Source: Eledone cirrhosa
Taxonomy: Eukaryota
Direction of reading: 5' to 3'
Length of the DNA stretch: 64,000 nt
Assembly (NCBI GenBank): GCA_964016885.1
Contig: OZ024742.1
Location: forward strand, 294,996,001 to 295,060,000
The notes beneath the pieces were generated by a model, which was not told where the DNA came from, did not search any database, and saw nothing but the letters and a program-made list of their open reading frames with translations. This document shows, piece by piece, positions 23,258 through 37,838 of the stretch. Numbering within the stretch: the stretch's first letter is position 1; the number at the start of each line of letters is the position of its first letter. Made by a program: the position numbers and the translations under genes.

Positions 23258-26200
23258 TTTACTATTTTTTTTTATGTTCAAAACATTATTTTCTTGAACT
23301 ACATTTTATGAATTGGATAATATATGCATGCACACGTATAAAGCTAAACAAATTCAGGAATACAATTTTACCCTAATGTTAAATAATTGTTTCTACTTTT
23401 GGCACAAGGCCAGCAATTACCCAGTTCATTACTGGTACTTTATTTTATCGATCCCGTAAGGATGAAAGGCAAAGTTAACCTCGGCGGGATTTGAACTCAG
23501 AATGGAAAGGGCCGTAACTCTATGCGTCAAAGCATGGCGTCCGACCCTCTACCGATACTGCCATATTAAATAATATTACAAATGATGTAGTGTATTTTAT
23601 TTCCATACAACAAATATGGAGGCACATGGCTTAGTGGTTAGAGCATTGGGTTTGCAATCGAAAGGTTGTGAGTTCAATTCTCAGACCGGGTGATGTGTTG
23701 TTTCCTTGAGCAAGACACGACGACAGCGACGAACGCTGTGCGCGTTTGTAACCCGACTCCCGGGTGCGACCTGCGATCGCGGCCTCAGTTGCATGTATTT
23801 AAAACTGTATACAGCTATGGTACGACCACACTTGGAATTCGCATCATCAGTCTGGAACCCCTATCTTGCTCAGAACATTGACCTCCTGGAAACTGTTCAG
23901 AGACGTGCAACCAAGCGCATACCCTCCATCAGGCACCTACCATACTCTGAACGCCTTGCTTCCCTGGGCATGGATTCATTGAAGCTCCGACGTCTGGCAA
24001 TGGACTTGGTGAATACCCACAAAGTTTTTAACCATCTCGCCAATTGCAACCCTGAGCGCCTCTATGATCTCCATGTGTCTAACACACGTGGACATGCCTA
24101 CAAGATCAGAAAACAGCACAGCTCCCATGACTTTCGTAGACATTTTTTCACGCTCAGAGTTGCTGAAGCATGGAACAAACTGCCTGCGCCAATTGTTAGC
24201 TGCCGAGACACTGCATACTTTAAGACACTCATGCTTCCCGAAATATGCCAAAACTACACCTGATGTACCCCTTCCATACACATGCACACATGTGTGTATC
24301 ATGACTCGTGCACTGTTCATTTTACTGATGTTTGTGCATTGTCCTATGTACTGTACATGCACTTTTTTGATGAGTTGTGGTGCACCTGGGCACTGTACAC
24401 AATATTTCATTATTGTTATTGTTATTATATCATGACTCGTGCACTGTTCATTTTCCTGACATTTGTACATTATTCTATGTACTATACATGCACCTTTGAT
24501 GAGTTGTAGTGCACCTGAGCACTGTACACAATAATTTCATTATTATTATTATTATATTATTTCACATTGCTCCAGTTTACTCAGCTGTAGAAATTTGATG
24601 ATAGGACTGGAGTCCCTATCATTCGACTGTAAAGTGGAACAGCCAAGCGCCTTTTTTTCGAACTCACCAAGAATAGTGCTGAACCAAATTTGTTGGAATA
24701 TAGCACATATATAAATTAAGTAGGGTGGTGAATAATAGGAGAAATATCCGTATTACAGAACTATATAAACTTTCAAAGACCATATTTAAGTCCTTATTTT
24801 AAAGTTGTTTCGACTTTTATGTTGCTCGAAATTTATTTCAGTTGTTTTTACAAAGAAGTAAAAATAATTTTCATCGTCATCTACCATCTACATATTGTAA
24901 ATCGTTTATCCGAAATACTTGGGGCTGGAATTGTTTTGGATTTCGTATTCAGATTATTAAATATTTTTCTACAGTATCTATTAAATGGGACAGCTTGAAG
25001 ATGGAACACAACTCAAAGCACGATATCTATTTCATAATACAGCTTATACATAAGATATTATTTTTTAATTACATATACCTTGAAGTTAGGGCTTTGTGGT
25101 ATTTCCCGTTTGTCGGGAGTTATTTTCAGCGCTAGAAAAACTTTCTGATTTTGGAATTTCGGATGAAGGAATCTTGTATTATAAAATAAACAGAATAGTC
25201 TTATGAAAGTGATCTCCCCTTTAATATAAATATACTCTCTCAATATGATTTTATTTTGTTTAATATGCAAAAATCGATATTGAGAAAGAATGATGAAGAT
25301 GATGATATTACATATAATTGTGTTATCTATATATATATAACTGTTGTCTGTGTGTATGTGTGTGTCCTCATTTTTGCAAAGTCTATACAAATCCACATTT
25401 CTACTCCGATTGACTTCAAACTTGCATTTATATATTCCTTGCGGTCTAAAGATATTAACTGCAGCTTTTATTTTTCAATTTTCTGTTGTTCAAGGGGTGT
25501 TAGGCGCCGGTTATCCATCTCCGTCGCGCTCTTATAATATCTGTCTGTATACCTGGCTGTCCGCATTACGACATTCTGACGAACATTGATGACATATTAT
25601 GTTCGCTATTATCCGTTCATTGCCAGGGAACGTCTTCACGAACCAAAGTATCGTCTTCCTGTTTTCCTTCGGTTGCAACGTTTTTCGAAATATTTACTTC
25701 TGCGTTCGCAGATTGATGTTTTTAGTTTCAGAAGATCCCGTTAATGGTGAAAGCAACAATTCTTTTCTTAAACTTTAATCTGTTATTTTAATCTATAATA
25801 TATATATATAAAACGGAGGAAGGATGTATGTATGTATGTATGTATGTATGTATGTATGTATGTATGTATGTATGTATGTATGTATGTATGTATGTATGTA
25901 TGTATGTATGTATGTATGTATGTATGTGTGTGTGTGTGTGTGAAACCCGAGACGTACCCAACCGATTTTTTCAAACTTTACGTGTGTAATACTTATGTTT
26001 AAGGGTGTGTTATGAACATAAAATTCAACTTTATGCACATAAAATTCAACTTTATACATGATCCTTTATATATGATCCCCTAAGGCCCGCATTAGGTGAA
26101 AACCTGCATTTTTCCTGCTTCATCAAGGAAAATCTTAAAGATTATCCAGCCATCAGAGTATTCGGTTTATTTTCTTTACATATTGTCCAGGCATGCAGTC

Positions 26201-29200
26201 TTTCCACGATTAGGTCTGTTGGCGCCCCGCGTTCCAAAATACTGCAACGCCGGGTACCACTGCTAGTATATTATATTACTTTCATTATATTATACCATAT
26301 CCTATTACATTATATATAATATTACACAATTATATCATATTATGCTGGATTGGCAGTATCGGTAGAGTATCAGACACCATGCTTTGCAACATAAAGTTAT
26401 GGCCCTTTACGTTCTGAGTTCAAATCCTGCCAAGGTTAACTTTGCCTTGCACCGAGGTAATTGTTGGCCTTGGGCCAAAAGTAGAAATAATTATATATCA
26501 TATATTCTATTACAGTGCGTTACATTATTTTATATTATATTATATTATATTATATATCAAAGGGTGGTGGATTGGCAGTATCGGTAGAGGGTCGGACGCC
26601 ATGCTTTCCAGCATAGTTACGTCCCTTTATGATCTGAGTTCAAATCCCGCCGAGGTTGACTTTGCCTTTCATCCTTACGGGGTCGATAAAATAAAGTACC
26701 AGTAATGCACTGGGTAATTTGCTGGCCTTGTGCCTAAAGTAGAAACAATTATATCATATCATTTTATTATATTATATTATATTTTATTACATCATATTAC
26801 ATTATATTATATTATATTATATTGCGTTATTTTATGTTTTTATAATATATTACATTATATTATATTTTACTGCACGATGCATTTGTCACTCCCATGCAGA
26901 TCTCCTTGGTGAACACAACGCCATCATCCAACACCGTGTGGAACTCATCTGCAATGTCAGTCCCAACAGCACCATCTGAAGATCCCAGCGAGGTTTGGTA
27001 GCCTCGGCCTCTGATCTGCTTTGGATCTGGCACTGCCAGCCTACCTTTCCTTAATCCCCTCCAGTTGCATCCTCATCAGCGACGTCTTAAGCAAAATGGC
27101 CAACCTTGACGTGTCCCAATATACAAATGTCCAATGTAACTGGGACAACATCAAGTGCAGGTCTTCCTTCTGGTGGATTGAGTCTGGCTTGGACCAACTC
27201 CACCTCGCCTGCCTCCGATCTGCTTTGAAGCCAAACAGCAGTGCATGGCTCAATTCAGTGCCCTCCTCATCAACCAGTACCTTTCTTGATGACGAGTGCA
27301 CTCACATTGGGGTAGCCCAACATCTTGCCCTCTGCATATGTGAGCCACACAAAGGCCATTGTGTAGCTGTCGTTGCCCAGTTTTGCCTGCACCCACTGTC
27401 ATGCTGCCAGAGTGCATGCCACTCTCAATGACATAGTGAGAAGGAGCCTAGATGTAGCTGGCTTCCCATCATAATCACAACTGAAGCTAGCAGGCCTCAA
27501 CCGAGAAAATAGGAAGTTCTCTGATGGAATTACTCTCTTCCCATTCAAAGGAGGCAAATCATCTGGGACGCCACATGCTGTGACACGCTCTCCACCTCCA
27601 ACTTAGTCACTTCAGCCACAAACCCTGCTACTGCGGCCCACAATGTAGAGGAAAGGAAGATAAACAAATATTGGGGCTTGTCCTGCTGCTTCCTCTTCGC
27701 AGTGGTCACTGTCGAAACCTCAAGTGTCTTCGGAACCTGTACTGCTGAGCTCCTCCACGATATCGGAACATCAGCAACCCATCTGGGGAAGAAGCCCTGT
27801 GAGGTGGGGTGGCTGTTGCAGCAGGTATCGCTGGCCACTGTTTATTGAAATGCAATTGCAGTTTTGTCTGCGGAGAGCAGCCAAAACACCGCCCTTCCCT
27901 AGGCATAGAGCCCACCACTCTTTCCCCTTATCTTCCGAGGCCCAAGAGTCCTTGCCCCCCCCCCCCCCCACACACCCCCTTTCCTCTCATTTATGGCATT
28001 TATAGTCCTTTCCTCTACTTTCCCATACAGCCAGATCTGCCCTTATTTACACCTTCCGCCTCTTTTCATTACTTGATTTTCTTTTTTATTTTTACTTTTC
28101 CTATTTGCATAATTGTATAACCTTTTTTTGTAAAATATAGTTGACATAATAAAAATTATATTTTATTACATTATACTATATTATATTATATTATACTACA
28201 TTATATTATATAATATTGTATTATATTATATATCATATTACATTATATCATATTAAATTATATTATATTAAGGCGGTGAATTGGCATTATCGGTAGAGGG
28301 TCGGACGCCATGCTTTCCAGCATAGTTACGTCCCTTTACGATCTGAGTTCAAATCCCGCCGAGGTTGACTTTGCCTTTCATCCTTACGGGGTCGATAAAA
28401 TAAAGTACCAGTAATATACTGGGTAATTGCTGGCCTTGTGCCTAACGTAGAAACAATTATATTATATTATGTTATATTGTACTATATTGTGCCAAAAGTA
28501 GAAACAATTATATTATACTACATGGCTGCTCACTTGTTGATTGGTCTTTTACATTTACTAATATAAAATCAATGTAGAATGTAGGAAATATTGCATCAAC
28601 ATTGCCTAAATAGTGTTGGCATAAAGTTTTAAAATATGACTTGGAGGATTACACCTGTTAGTGCAATTGAGCTAAACACTCTTTCCCTTTAGAAATCATC
28701 TATGTTGTGCCATGACTATAATCATGAAGAATCATTAATAGTGTTCTTTTCTGCAGAAATGGAGAATCATTGATTGATGGTTATTTAATATCTTGTATTC
28801 GAATTTCAAACAAGGTGATGCATTTTTTCTTTAAAAACACACTTCATTTATGCTGCTCCAGTCATCACAGTGAAAACTTAGTACCACCAGCTGCTGTGGT
28901 TCTTGATTGCTGAGATAGCAAACACCCCAACGAAATTACCCTCTTCCCTTTTGAAGTAGTTAAATCCCTCATCTGGGATGTCACATTCTGTGACACATAA
29001 TCTACATCCAACTTAGTTGCTTCAGCCACAAGCCCCAGTGCCAAAGCCTGAAATGTAGAGGAGAGGAAGACAAGCAAATACCAGGGATTGTCTGACCACT
29101 TCCTCTTTGCACCAGTCGTCATTGAAACCTCAGATGTCCTCGGGCACTGTACAGTCAAGCTTCTCCATAGAATCAGAACAACAGTAGCCCATCTGAAGAA

Positions 29201-32200
29201 AGAACCCAGTGAGGTAGGGTGGCTTTTGCAGTGGGTGTCACTGGCCATTGTCCATAGAAATGCCTTTGCAATTTTGTCAATGTGATGTCGTCAAAACTCC
29301 GTTCTGACCTAGGTGTAGAGTCTGTCACCCTCTCCTTTTCTTCCTTTTTTCTTCTGATGCCTATTAGTCCTTGTTCTTTCCCCCTTTTCCCTCTCATTTA
29401 TGGCATTTATAGTCCCCTTTCCTTTAAATTCCTATATAGTCAGATCAGTCATTCTTTACCTCCTTCCATTTTGTTTTCATTACTCAATTTTGTTTCTACT
29501 ATCATTGTATACATTTTGTTCAATAAAGTCAATTTTATTAACTGCTAAAAAAAACCCTGCAATTGAGTGACTTCTCATCAAGGCAAGAATCTTGCACTCT
29601 TAGTCACTTAACACTAATGAAACTGGCATAAACTCCAGCCTGGTGAACTTCTAAGCTGGCGATAAACCCTAAAATAAAATTGTTATGAATTATATTGAGT
29701 TTTAATTGATATCTTGAGATTAAAAAAATATATAACAGACCAATTATTTGTATTACAATAATCAAGTTAGAGATATGTGCCATGTCCTGAGAGAGACACA
29801 TATTCACAGATTAACAAATATCTATCCACTAGTAATGTGGGGTTTAATGACATTGATGAACTTGACTCACATAAAATTATAATAATAATAATAATAATGA
29901 AATTATTGTGTAAAGTGCTCAGGTGCACTACAACTCGTCAATATAGTACATAGAATAATACACAAATGTCAGGGAAGTACATGTGTGTATGTGTTAGCTG
30001 TTCTGTTGGCGGATCTCGGGAAGCATGGAGGCCTTAAAGGATGCAGTGTCTCGACAGCTAACAACTGATGCAGGTAGTTTGTTCCATGCTTCAGCAACTC
30101 TGAGTGTGAAAAAATGTTTCCGAAAGTCATGGGAACATAGAAACCAGTGTTGCTGGATAATTCATCTGTGTTGAGTATACAACAACACTTATAATTCAAA
30201 CTAGTCATTATGGAAACAGAAGAAGATATTTACAAACATTTCTTGTCAAATAATTCAGGCGGATGTAGTTGTATGTTTGAAGTAGTTTTAGTTGAGTATA
30301 TAACTTCATTTTGCATCTTTATTATTGACTGTCAATATTATGTGACAAACAGAACATTTGGTCTTGGAAGGTTATCTCAGCAAGCTTGACTTCAAAATGT
30401 CCTTCACCTCTGTCTGAATATGTAAATACTACTAGATAAAATTGTAGATAAATAACTTTTTTCTTAAAATATCATCTTTGTATTCCCAGATATGTGGATA
30501 TCCCAAATATATTGTATTAATGTAGTAGGTCAGCGAAGTCAACGATCTGTAATTTATTAGAAGACAGTGTTGGTTGGAGTAGAAGCCACTCAACAGATAT
30601 CCTGGTAGTGTGACCAATGATCTAAGAACAAAGGAGGAAATATTTTGTATACATCAACCTTCCCTATTGAAGGACTGATGAAAGTGATAATCATTTTGTT
30701 AGAGGACATATAAGAGTTAACCAGTGAGCTAATTCACATCCAGCCCTAAAGCTCATTGTAAGTATATGATTTTTTTATCTTCTACAGTGTCTTATTTCAG
30801 AAGAGTAATAGACATCTACTCAATAATCACATCATCATCATCATCATCATCATCAGGTTTAGCGTCCGTGTTCCACGCTTGCATGGGTTTGGACGGGGGT
30901 TTTCCCACTTGAGGCAAGAGTGGTTGTCTTGCTCGCATAGGACTGTCTGGCGGGTTTTCTACAGCTGGATGCCCTTCCTAACACCAACCACATTTACAGT
31001 GTGGGGCTGGGAGGTTTTTACCGTGTTGCCTACATGGCCACATTTACAGCGTGGACTGTGTGTTTTTTTGTCGTGACACCTACACGATCTCATTTGTTTC
31101 GGCCTGGATGTTGTGGGACCAACATAACTGTACATTGAAAGGGGCGGTGTGGATGGGGTGGAGGTGGTGGGACGGGGGGGTGTTTTGATAGAGATGCCTA
31201 CTGACTGTAGTAGGTTTTTACTTTGTATTTAGGTAAGGCGGGTCTTCTCTATTACTGAGTACCGCCAAAGGTCTCGGTCCAGTGACATTGTCTTGGAGAG
31301 GTGTAAGCGTGTGAGGTCGGAATTTATCAGCTCGTCCCATGTTTTTCTGGGTCTGCCTACTCCGTGGCTACCGTCTATCTTTATTGCCCTGCACTTTGTT
31401 ATACAGCTGTCGTCTTTCATGCGCATCACGTGACCGTACCAACGTAGCCTTCTCTCGAGTAAACAACATCTGATCCCTCTTATTTCTAATTTTTTCCTTA
31501 GTTCGTTTATGCTTTGCCGTTCACGTATATTACTATTGCACATCCAGCGGAGCATGCAAGCTTCGTTCCTCTCTAGTCTGCGTATATCCTCTGCACACAA
31601 TGCCCAGGTCTCACTGCCATGCAGCATTGCTGTTCGTATGCAGGCATCGTATAACCTGCCTTTCATTTTTAGGCAGAACCCTCTAGCGGCTAATAGTGGT
31701 ATAAGCTCTCTGAACTTTTTCCATCCAGTTCTGATTCTAGCTACTGTACTTTTAGAGCACCCTCCCCCACTGCTGATTTTGTCACCCAGGTAACGGAAGC
31801 TGTCCACTATTTCTATAGAACCCTCTGCGCAGTTGAAGGAGCTAGTATTTTGTGGGCACTTGCTGCTACTTATTGCACCAGAGCACCGGCCACATGTAAA
31901 ATCTATGTTCTTAGTTAGCTTACCTGTGATCCCACTACATCTTTTATGCACCCATACTTTGCATTTGGGACATAAAATGGAGTTTCTACCTACGCCTTTC
32001 CTACACACTGAGCATGGCCATTTCCCCGATGGGACTGCCGCCATATTTTCTTTCCTACAAACTAGAACTTTTGTCTTAGCCAGGTTAATTTTAAGGCCTT
32101 TTGATTCTAGGCCGTGCTTCCATGTTTGGAATTTCTTCTCTAGTTCGGTCATTGATTCAGCTATGAGCGTTAGATCATCTGCGTATAGGAGTTCCCATGG

Positions 32201-33524
32201 GCAGCCGGTCTTGAACTCCTCTGTTATAGCCTGAAGGGCAATAATAAATAGTAGGGGGCTAAGAACAGAGCCCTGATGGACGCCAACTTTTACGCTAAAC
32301 ATATGATTATATATAAATATAAATTCATGAACAGGATTGACATGTGCAGTTGAGTTGTCAGCGGTATGACTGGTGGGTATAGGATAAATCGGATGAAATT
32401 TGCATATGACATGGTACTACTTAATTCATCAGAAGGTGATCTACGACATGCACATGCCAAGTGCTGCATGGTTAGAATGAAAATCAGTGCTGCAAAGACT
32501 GAGACACTCATCTGCTCAAGGAAGCTTATGCAGTGCACTCTACATGTGAATGGAGTTCCACTGATGCAGGTGAAGAAGTTCAAATATCTCAGGACCATGC
32601 TGACAAGTATTGGAAGGCAAGAAGTTGCAGAAGCTGGTGCAGTAATTCACCAGTTTCAGCATTCAGTAATCAAAAGAAGGGAGGTAAATGTAAAAGCCAA
32701 ACTCGCTCTCTTTAAATCAGTATTCGTGCAAATCCTTACCTATGATCATGTACCTTGAGTAATTACTGAAAGAATATGATCACGAATTCAAGTGACTGAA
32801 ATAGGGTCCCTCCAAAGGGACTTTTGAATAACGTTACTCAATAGAGAGCGTAGCTCGGAGATTAGAGTGTCACTACAGGAAGAGCCACTTCTCTGAATTG
32901 AGAGATCATAACTTCCGTATCACGGGCATGTGGATAGAATATCTCAGGAAAGATTCGTGGGACAGATTTCCAGGTCAAAACTAATGGGCAGGAGACCCAG
33001 GTATAGACCCCAAGTAAGATGGTTTGTTTAACTTGGGGATCGAGCTGTATCAATGGAGAGAGTTGCTTCTGACTGGACCTGCTGGCAGGAGTATTTACGG
33101 AATCTACCACCATAACCCTTCCAAGAATATGTGGGAAGAGGAGGAAGAGAAGACAAAGAAGCAGGAGAAGGTGACTATTGCTCATTGTTCTCAACAGCAA
33201 TGCTTTAGACATATTTTTGGCTGTGTGCAACTGAAATATATTATCCAACCAAAAGTCTGGTGTTTTCCCTTCTTCATTTCTTCACATATTCTTTTACTTT
33301 CTTTCATCCTTACGGGGTCGATAAAATAAAGTACCAGTAATGTACTGAGTATTTGCTGGCCTTGTGCCAAAAGTAGAAACAATTATATTATAAACAAATT
33401 ATTCATTTTACTAAGTATAGAATTATGCAGTGAAGAAAAAACAAATAGAGCCCATTATTAATAAGTAATGAACTGGGTAATTGTTGGCCTTGTACCTAAA
33501 GTAGAAACAATTATTAATATTATA

Positions 33525-33680
33525 ACGTTCTGAGTTCAAATCCCGTCGAGGTTAGCTTTGCCTTTCATCCTTACGAGGTCGATAAAATAAAGTACCAGTA
33601 TTACAGTTGGGTCAATTTAATCAACTTTCCCCTACCCCCAAACTTGCTGGCCTTGTGCCTAAATCAGTAACCATTATTAA
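33525..33680 (+). mobile_element. Family A SINE fragments
   Basis: GTTCTGAGTTCAAATCCC..GTCGATAAAATAAAGTACCAG..GGCCTTGTGCC. Confidence 0.7.
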
Positions 33681-34177
33681 TATTATTTTATTTCTGTAAA
33701 TGTAAATAGCTTTTATTGGACTCTTCTTGTATTTGTTTCAAGTTCTGCTTATTTTTAACAAAGGAAACTTTAATGTTTAAGGTACTTAGATAACTTGAAG
33801 CAATAAGATATCCTTATACATATATCAATAACACTATTTAGTAAAACATCCGCGTGTAGATAGTCTCTCTTTTATAATCTGATTCCTCTTTACAACATAC
33901 ACAGATGTCAGTATATATATTTCACACTACTGCTGGTCCATCCATGGCCACAGCATCTGACATAAGCCAAACACTGTCCAGGTTGATATTGTAACACAGC
34001 TATCGTTATTCACAACATACGCAGATGTGAGTATTTAATGTTATTTTAATGTCTATCTACGTTTAACTGTTCATTTTGTAATGTTTCTCCCAGTTTACAA
34101 TATACACAGAGATAGATATTTAATATATATTGATTTAATGTCAATTAATGTTTAACGCTTGATAGTGTAGCACAACT

Positions 34178-34217
<40 letters not shown>

Positions 34218-34441
34218 TATGTATGTATACGTACATACATATATGTATACAGACGTACAGTAGCATGCATATATATATATATATATATACATACAGGTAC
34301 ACATACATATATGTACGTATCAGTTTAGCGGACGCTTATTATAACGCCCGCTTTGTCCGTTTGTAAACAAACTGAACAGCCTGCATTTATGCCGTACGGT
34401 GTTAAGGCAACCACGTCACCTTTTTGTTCAACACTGACAAG

Positions 34442-34487
34442 AACGATGTACTAGTTTCAAGCTTATTAGCTATCATCAGCACCGTTT
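34442..34487 (-). ncRNA. Minimal type I hammerhead ribozyme motif
   Basis: Minus strand: AACGGTG CTGATGA tAGC TAATAA GCTt GAAA CTAG TA CATCGTT. Intact core, 7-bp stem I, palindromic CTAG at stem III, GUA site. Confidence 0.7.
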
Positions 34488-34622
34488 ACCCTTCTGCCAG
34501 ATGGTTGAACGTTCGAGAGTATATACTTTCCTTATGAAAATTAACGGCTGAGCAGTCTAATTTGCATATCGAGTGAGTTCAGTCGGCCAGGCGCACCGAA
34601 AACGATAAGTTGTAATAGAATT

Positions 34623-34765
34623 GACCCAGTCACACACACTTGTTGATACATGCTGTATGTGTATGTATATATGTGTACATTTGAATATGACATGCTTACC
34701 CAATTGATACAGAACAGTCAGAAGGCTCATGGCGGCATGTATCAACAAGTGTGTGTGACTGGGTC
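34623..34765. repeat. Perfect 31-bp inverted repeat with 81-bp spacer
   Basis: GACCCAGTCACACACACTTGTTGATACATGC at 34623-34653 and its reverse complement at 34735-34765. Confidence 0.85.
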
Positions 34766-35166
34766 CATGGGAGAGAGTGAGAGAGGGTGTGTGAGTATAT
34801 ATACTGTGATGTATGTATGTGGCGGTGTGGGTGTCTGAGCATGTAGACGTACGAGTGTGAATGCATAGATAGGTGTATGTCTGAATATATATATGTGTGT
34901 GTTACTATGTGTTTATTCTAGTATGTGTGGGCGCTTACTCTGAAGTGTGAGCAGACGTGTGAAGTGCTTAACCCAGCATGACTCCATTGAAATATGTCGG
35001 ACGGAAAATGGTTGATGAACCGTGTGACAGCAGATACTGACCAGAACTTGTGATGACGTGGAGTAAAAACAGCCAATGGCATGACAAGAGTGAAAAGAAG
35101 GTTTTTTTGAGGGTGTTGTTTTGATGACAACACCCCAGTGATAAAATTTGCTCTGGACATAACAGC

Positions 35167-35257
35167 CGTGTCTGAAAGAAGCCGCAGAAGTAGAATCAGC
35201 CAGATCCATACAAGGACTATGACTCAAGCTACATGCCGGCGAAACATTTGTAACACG
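35167..35257 (+). ncRNA. Hammerhead-like motif with long stem II insert
   Basis: CGTGT CTGAAAGA aGCCG..~50 nt..CGGC GAAA CATTTG TA ACACG, followed by AATAAA; the core has one extra base. Confidence 0.5.
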
Positions 35258-35311
35258 AAATAAACTAAGTCCAGATGCATCACTGATTTTTCGTTTTCTT
35301 GATAATATATA

Positions 35312-35800
35312 TCATCATCATCATCATTGTTTAACGTCCATCTTCCACGCTTGCATGGGTTTGGACGGGAGTTTTCCCACTTGAGGCAAGAGTGGTTGTC
35401 TCGCTCGCATAGGACTGTCTGGCGGGTTTTCTACAGCTGGATGCCCTTCCTAACACCAACCACATTTACAGTGTGGGACTGGGAGGTTTTTTTGTCGTGA
35501 CACCTACACGACCTCATTTGTTTCGGACTGGATGTTGTGGCACCAACATAACTTTACATTGAAAGGGGTGGTGTGGATGGGGTGGGGGTAGTGGGACGGG
35601 GTGTATTTTGTTAGAGGTGCCTACTGACTGTAGTAGGTTTCACTTTGTACTTAGGTAAGGCGGGTCTTCTCTATTACTGTATAGCGCCAAAGATCTCGGT
35701 CCAGTGACATTGTCTTGGAGAGGTGTAAGTGTGTGAGGTCGGAATTTATCAAGTCGTCCCAGGTTTTTCTAGGTCTGCCTACTCCGTGGCTACCGTCTAT
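35312..35800 (-). mobile_element. RTE LINE 3' end
   Basis: Homologous to 18232-18780, including the (GAT)n tail. Confidence 0.85.
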
Positions 35801-36092
35801 TTATATATATATGAAAGGTATAGAAAGTATTGTAGCAAGAAGCCAACAGTATTCCATAATATATATATATATATATTTAAAAAAATATTTTTAAATATAG
35901 CTACCATCCTAAACGGACGGTAGTCCGTTTAGTAATATTGTTGTGATCGTGTTTTCGTTGGCAATCGTCTGTTTCCGACAGTACAGCGCGGCTCTACTTT
36001 ATTTAACTGAGATAAAACTTATATGAGCACGAACAGTAGATCATTACGCATCTTTTGCTTTAAAAATCTAGAAATTTGGTCCAGCGGGAAAT

Positions 36093-36180
36093 AGTTTATA
36101 ATCAAAGTTTGCTGATAAATCTTGTGTTCAGGTGAGTGAGTAGTAAGCGTGACGCTAGGGGAGGTAATCCAGAAATGACG
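36093..36180 (+). repeat. 88-bp direct repeat, left copy (right copy 42536-42623)
   Basis: AGTTTATAATCAAAG...CCAGAAATGACG occurs twice with one mismatch. Confidence 0.92.
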
Positions 36181-36189
36181 ACGTTTGGA

Positions 36190-36750
36190 ATATGTATATT
36201 TGTGTACGTCGCCATATATGTATGTATATGTGTATATGTATATTTGTGTATGTCGCAATATATGTATGTATGTATGTGTGTATATGTATATTTGTGTACG
36301 TCGCCATATATGTATGTATGTGTGTATATGTATATTTGTGTATGTCGCAATATATGTATGTATGTGTGTATATGTACATTTGTGTACGTCGCCATAGATG
36401 TATGTATGTGTGTATATGTATATTTGTGTACGTCGCCATATATGTATGTATGTGTGTGTATGTATATTTGTGTACGTCGCCATATATGTATGTATGTGTA
36501 TATGTATATTTGTGTACGTCGCCATATATGTTTGTATGTATGTGTGTATATGTATATTTGTGTACGTCGCCATATATGTATGTATGTGTATATGTATATT
36601 TGTGTACGTCGCCATATATGCAGTATGTATGTGTGTATATGTATATTTGTTTATGTCGCGATATATGTATGTATGTATGTGTGTATATGTATATTTGTGT
36701 ATGTCGCCATATATGTATATTTGTGTACGTCGCCATATATGTATGTGTGT
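36190..36750. repeat. Minisatellite, ~40-46-bp unit, about 13 copies
   Basis: GTGTATATGTATATTTGTGTACGTCGCCATATATGTATGTAT with variable TG/TATG counts. Confidence 0.9.
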
Positions 36751-37838
36751 ATCGGGCTCACATACATTCTCTGTGCGTGATTTGGCTCAGCTCAGCCAAT
36801 CAGCGCCAGTAGAAGAGGATGTATCCCTACGCGTTCGGAGGGAGAAATAGCCCGTAAAGATTCGAGGACGCTATCACTTCCAGGCTAGACCGTGTTAAGG
36901 TAAATAACATTTGTTCTTTTGCTCCGTAAGCACAAACAATATGTAATGACAAAACACCTACGAGCCTAACCAAACGCCTTCAGCCAGTCGCCCGTGTTTT
37001 CTCTTGTAATCTTAATTGAATTATTTCATTATTCTTGGCATGCCAGCTTAATTCACTTCTTAACCTTTATTAATAAATAATGTAAAAACAAGCTAAAATT
37101 CGTTGTCGATATTCCTATCGTATCTTTCTATCAAACCTGGTTCCTCGTGGCAACAACACAACTCTCTAAATATTCTTCTCCGCTAAATTCGAATTTATAC
37201 CTAAACCAAATTGGTGACAATATATCTACACCAAATTTGTGACCCTCGACGATTAAGTATGAAAACGCAGCCTATTTGAATTCGCCAGTCGTTTTAACGG
37301 AAATGTGGAGTGGCTTAACATTTGGAATATTCGAATCGGGTTTCTAGACTCGCTTAGCGTAAGTCCATAAAATTCATAATATTCCATTTGTTGAAGCACA
37401 CGACCTCCACAATATTTCTGTTATAACTTTCATGGTAACACAAGTAAATCACGCATACAGACGAACACAAAAATACTACACAAAAGAAAGAGTTTTTTCG
37501 ACGTCTAACAAAAAAATTATTTTGGGGATTGAAAATTATTATTGCGAGCATAGTTTGATAAAAACAAAAAAAAAAAGAATTTCTCTGGATATAGAATTTT
37601 GCTCGACTTATTCAGTTTTTCCATGGCACAGAAATGGAGTATTTCCATTTCGAATCAATACCTTTCACTAAAATCGGGCAATTGGACTGGTCAAATTCAC
37701 ATTCATGCCAGTTTTTACAAATCCAAAAAACGAAATTATCCTATTTCCAATCAGAAATATAGAACGTTCGCGTTAATCTTATCATTACTCATAATCGGTT
37801 GTGTCGAATTAAAAATCCTGGACCTGAATTTGAATTCA

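Larger units (their letters stand above)
8200..33399 (+). repeat. Head-to-tail tandem duplication, two ~12.6-kb units (8200-20800; 20801-33399)
   Basis: ORF track repeats with offset 12601, then 12597 after a 4-bp (TATG)n length difference; 2-bp AT microhomology at the junction. Confidence 0.97.

Noticed and set aside
36019-36850. Long ORFs on both strands and a regularly spaced repeat resembling a CRISPR array
   Set aside because: Minisatellite without unique spacers; the ORFs are low-complexity artefacts; eukaryotic context and no cas genes.
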